Positions 7,558-10,773 of a DNA stretch of 10,773 nt are shown here, piece after piece. Position 1 is the stretch's first letter; every line of letters starts with the position of its first letter. Location of the stretch: positions 1 to 10,773 of the forward strand of contig JBGCDR010000048.1 of the NCBI GenBank assembly GCA_045105515.1, written 5' to 3'. Source of the stretch: Oligoflexales bacterium (GTDB lineage Bacteria > Bdellovibrionota_B > Oligoflexia > Oligoflexales > Bog-1112). The notes under the pieces are model-generated. The model was not told where the DNA came from. It saw nothing but the letters and a program-made list of their open reading frames with translations, and did no database searches. The position numbers and the translations under genes were made by a program.

Positions 7558-8649
7558 TTATAATTTTTCTACTTTAATTACTGATGGGACTCTTGATACA
7601 TTAGAAGACAGGTGGGCATATCTCATTGTTGTTTTTATATTGGAATGACCAAGTATGCCCATCAAACTCCAGATATCTCCAACATTTATCATATACCTGC
7701 TTGCAAAAGTGTGTCTGAGATCGTGAAAGCGAATGCGGGGAACCTTGGCTTTCCTTACTATGTTCTCAAAATGATAACCAGATACTTTGCGAGCACCTAC
7801 ACGGTTGCCTGTGCCACTAACAAAGATTGCTTCTTCATGTGGACTTTTTCGTATTGTTTCCATCAACACCTGCCGTAGTTCGGAATCTTTGTTAAATCCA
7901 ATGAACCTCTCCATATTATGTTTAGTATCTCCATACCGTTTCTCCTTATCTAACCATTGTCGGTGGATATGAATTTGATTCCTATCAAAGCTTACATCTT
8001 TTTTTGATAGACCAATACATTCCGCAAGCCTAGCACCAGTTTCCAGCGCTAACAGAAAAATACAGTAATAAGGTGACTTCCGTGCCTCGTTAAGAAAAGC
8101 ATCTATGTCCTTTTGGTTTTCCCACCAATCGTATTTTGCACGCTGTATCTTTAGCCTTTCCAGGTCGAAGGGACTTTTTTCTATCATTTTCCATTTAACA
8201 CCCTTGTTTAAAATGCTCCGAAGCAGGTCCATACAATTGTTAATAGACTTCGCGGACAAATTACCTTTCCCAGAATTTAACTTTGAAGAATATTTTCCAC
8301 GTAGCAGCTCCACCCTAAATTGTTCAATCAGATCTGGAGTTACCTCATTTAGTTTTACATATGAAAAATAGGGCCGGATTCTATAGTTAATCTCCCCAAT
8401 ATATCTCTCCTGAGTGCTGGCCCTGATCGTGGGGAGATGATTAGAAAGATATCGATCAACAAGATCATCAAAACTGTAAGTTGTATCCTTTACTTTGCTA
8501 GCAGATTTCTCATTCCTAAACAACGTAGCAGTTTCATCATGCCATTTCTGTGCTAGCCTTTTAGTTGAAAATCCAGAGCGAGATTTAACCCTTTTACTAT
8601 TAACAAAGACCTCTGCCCTCCAACCTTTACCTCTCTTATGAACAGCCAT
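7558..8649 (-). CDS. Tyrosine recombinase / phage-type integrase (Int2), paralog of Int1
   Basis: GARLAE, TKHN, FHDLRH, LGHS and RYAH are all intact, with an AGGAGA RBS. By hand alignment it is 38/59 identical to Int1 over the FDDL...LLRG segment. Confidence 0.95.
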   Translation of the reverse strand: MAVHKRGKGWRAEVFVNSKRVKSRSGFSTKRLAQKWHDETATLFRNEKSASKVKDTTYSFDDLVDRYLSNHLPTIRASTQERYIGEINYRIRPYFSYVKLNEVTPDLIEQFRVELLRGKYSSKLNSGKGNLSAKSINNCMDLLRSILNKGVKWKMIEKSPFDLERLKIQRAKYDWWENQKDIDAFLNEARKSPYYCIFLLALETGARLAECIGLSKKDVSFDRNQIHIHRQWLDKEKRYGDTKHNMERFIGFNKDSELRQVLMETIRKSPHEEAIFVSGTGNRVGARKVSGYHFENIVRKAKVPRIRFHDLRHTFASRYMINVGDIWSLMGILGHSNIKTTMRYAHLSSNVSRVPSVIKVEKL

Positions 8650-8659
8650 TTTTTCTCCT

Positions 8660-8866
8660 TCAACTAGTTCTTTTCAACCACAGACAAACTTCATTTTTTG
8701 GGAACCAAAGTTTACCCTTTATTCTTTCACAGGGCATTCCCTGTCCTACCCATCTATAAATGGTATGTTTGCTGTATTCTCCTTTTAATAAATTGAGAAG
8801 CTCTGACATTGTAATCAGGTTTGAGAAATCTATTGGATCTCTATTTATATGAACTGTTTTTTTCAT
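8660..8866 (-). CDS. Excisionase / HTH DNA-binding protein, paralog of the 3852 gene
   Basis: ITMSELLNLLKGEYSKHTIYRWVGQGMPCERIKGKLWFPKNEVCLWL, directly upstream of int2. Confidence 0.87.
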   Translation of the reverse strand: MKKTVHINRDPIDFSNLITMSELLNLLKGEYSKHTIYRWVGQGMPCERIKGKLWFPKNEVCLWLKRTS

Positions 8867-9034
8867 ATTAACACCAACTATATAGCAAGATATTTAAAAT
8901 AAGACCACTAATAACGGTTTTTAATTAAAGGTAAATGACATCAATTTCAAATGATAAAAAATTGTTAATGTAGACAAGAAAATGTCAAGATGAACAAAAA
9001 AATGATTCTTGAATTTAGAGAATCCTTGGACTAT

Positions 9035-9064
9035 TTCTTTGATTGTCGATCGACGAACGAAGAA
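9035..9064. repeat. Imperfect 30-bp inverted repeat with a perfect 10-bp core
   Basis: TTCTTTGATT-GTCGATCGAC-GAACGAAGAA. The core palindrome is at 9045-9054, in the AT-rich gap between xis2 and the Rep-like gene. Confidence 0.5.
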
Positions 9065-9323
9065 CTTGAAAAAAAAGGGTGTTAAGTGATTTCTGTATTG
9101 ATTAGACAAAAACATCAGGCGTTTTAGCTAAGAAAAAAAAGTTGGCTTAAACCTATTAAAAACAATACAAACTGGGATTTCTATTAATAATATACGGTAA
9201 ATTGCGTACGTTATTTTGGCCATTAAATAGGAGAGATCTACACACTTTCTAAACCTTTATCTCAATGTTTCTAAGTGGAATATTGTTCGTAGAACTCCTT
9301 TACCTTCATGAAAGGGTGAGAAT

Positions 9324-10685
9324 ATGGAAACTCTGATTGATGAAAAATTAATTTATTATATGGGATTTGATACCATGAAGATAGCTTTATCCTTTAGAAA
9401 TTATGATTTTACTAAGGAATCCTTCAGAAAACTAAGGAAAAAACTTGGTGGAGTAAAGCATTCCCCAACAACTTTTAGGAAAGACATTGGATTAATTGGT
9501 AAGACCTACAAAGCTTTCTTCAGCTTGAACAAACATGGAACTGGATATCTATTACATATTGGGGTAGATGCTTGTTTTAATGGTAATCATGAATATCTGA
9601 AGTTTCTACAGACTATGGGAACTGATGTAGACCTGGAAAAAGTGTCTCCCTCCAATTCTAAATCCAACTTCCTAACCAATTCTGAAAGAGAAAGGGCTGT
9701 TCAACAACCAGGGTGTGAACCTATCACCTTCTTTCTAAATATTCTCCCTCAAATTTTAATGGAGGAACTCAACAAGCTTTACTCCAGTCTACATTCCTAT
9801 CTTAATACAGCGATCAAGAAAGCTACTGGGTCTGGATCGTTACCTACTAAGCTAACTGTATTTGGAACCTACACTTTCAAGAAAATCGAGTGCTGCTGCG
9901 ATTTTAAGGTTCCCAATGGTAAAGACCCTTCTGTTGATCCTCGGTTTTTACAGAATATATCTAGCTTTACTAAAAAATTAGAACCTCTCGATTGGATCGA
10001 TGGAGAACCATATGAAGCTTCCGAACAAAATTATGAAATCTTTTCCCGTAGCTTGGAAGGGGTTCTCAATCAACATGGTATAGGGGTCGTTGGTTATCTC
10101 AAAAGTGAAGAAATTTACAGAATTGAATTTGTTGTTCAGGATACTTCTTCAATAACTATTGACAAGGAAAATGGTCGGAAAGGCTCAGATCAATTCAAAG
10201 CTATCTCACAGACCACCACTAGTACTGATATCAAGAATCCATCTGCCATAAAATCCTTTAGTACGTCTGACGATATATCAGATATATTTATGAAGATGTA
10301 TACTTTCTCCCAACCCTTTTTTTCATGTGTTTTTCATAACCGACAACCTAAGCTAACAGCAACTCAAATAAAGGAGCAGCTTACTCAAATTCTAAGAGAT
10401 ACCTCTAATGACAAGGGGAAGCCTGTGTTCCAGAAAACCGCTCTTATCCCGGATTTAGTAGAACATCTAATTGATAATCATTTGGTAGTGAGGCTGTCCA
10501 AATTTGGTCCTAACAGGAGGATGTACCGTGATCGGATTAGCTGGTTAGCATCCAACAATCTGGTCTTCGATAAGGTTCCATATGGTCAAGGTATTTACGT
10601 ATTAAAATCAAATTTACTTAAGGAGATGAACAATGAGTGCGCCAAGCAAAGCGCAAATAATCCAGTCGGTGAGAATCCGACCTAG
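9324..10685 (+). CDS. Hypothetical protein (453 aa), putative diverged Rep_trans-fold replication initiator or relaxase with a C-terminal winged helix
   Basis: Ordered motifs GFDTMKI, KKIECCCDF, GYLKS and YRIEF parallel the D / RxDxxxD / YxK / RxE motifs of Rep_trans-like proteins. The C-terminal RRMYRDRISWLASNNLVFDKVPYGQGIYVL looks like a recognition helix plus wing. The CDS is secure; the function is tentative. Confidence 0.55.
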   Translation: METLIDEKLIYYMGFDTMKIALSFRNYDFTKESFRKLRKKLGGVKHSPTTFRKDIGLIGKTYKAFFSLNKHGTGYLLHIGVDACFNGNHEYLKFLQTMGTDVDLEKVSPSNSKSNFLTNSERERAVQQPGCEPITFFLNILPQILMEELNKLYSSLHSYLNTAIKKATGSGSLPTKLTVFGTYTFKKIECCCDFKVPNGKDPSVDPRFLQNISSFTKKLEPLDWIDGEPYEASEQNYEIFSRSLEGVLNQHGIGVVGYLKSEEIYRIEFVVQDTSSITIDKENGRKGSDQFKAISQTTTSTDIKNPSAIKSFSTSDDISDIFMKMYTFSQPFFSCVFHNRQPKLTATQIKEQLTQILRDTSNDKGKPVFQKTALIPDLVEHLIDNHLVVRLSKFGPNRRMYRDRISWLASNNLVFDKVPYGQGIYVLKSNLLKEMNNECAKQSANNPVGENPT

Positions 10686-10743
10686 AAAAAGAGTAGCCGT
10701 CACTCTAGAAGTGAACTCTGCATTTATGGAGGCGACAAAGTAA

Positions 10744-10773
10744 ATGAAGCCAGAGGAATCAATGTACCAGGCC
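10744..10773 (+). CDS. Possible 5' start of the next gene, truncated by the window edge
   Basis: GGAGG at 10728-10732, then ATG 10744 open to the edge (MKPEESMYQA). Confidence 0.25.
   Translation, partial: MKPEESMYQA

Larger units (their letters stand above)
5286..10773. mobile_element. Element B: second integrative element or composite island (two HTH proteins, int, xis, Rep-like gene); right end outside the window
   Basis: It lies on the other side of the ssrA fragment, has its own arm-like repeats and its own xis-int pair, and is visibly more AT-rich than int1. Confidence 0.6.

Noticed and set aside
6898..8371. ORFs 6898-7110, 7612-7878, 7787-7972 and 8105-8371
   Set aside because: They are antisense shadows of the XRE-like gene and int2.
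8921..9115. 64-aa Phe-rich minus-strand ORF
   Set aside because: Its composition reflects A-tracts, it has no clear RBS, and it overlaps palindromes better explained as regulatory DNA. It cannot be fully excluded.
1..10773. CRISPR array, prophage structural genes, or complete restriction-modification system
   Set aside because: There is no repeat-spacer periodicity, no capsid, terminase or tail motifs, and no endonuclease beside the methyltransferase. The PD-(D/E)xK-like protein fits a relaxase better.

Overview
This is an accessory, mobile-DNA window with no housekeeping genes. It looks like the junction of two integrative elements that meet at a 27-bp copy of the 3' end of tmRNA (ssrA) on the minus strand (5286-5312), a typical att core. 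The left element (all + strand) encodes a membrane-anchored FtsK/SpoIIIE ATPase, a Replic_Relax/MOBC-like relaxase, a small basic DNA-binding-like protein, an orphan beta-class DNA methyltransferase, an excisionase and a tyrosine integrase that ends next to the att site. The right region has two divergent HTH-containing proteins, a second clearly paralogous xis-int module in the opposite orientation, and a 453-aa protein that looks like a highly diverged Rep_trans-fold (rolling-circle type) initiator. Non-coding signals include different arm-like repeats on each side of the att core and a TATGGGTA...ATACCC...CCAAATAAT motif at both ends of the FtsK-relaxase operon. All family calls come from motifs recognised by eye; no database search was run.
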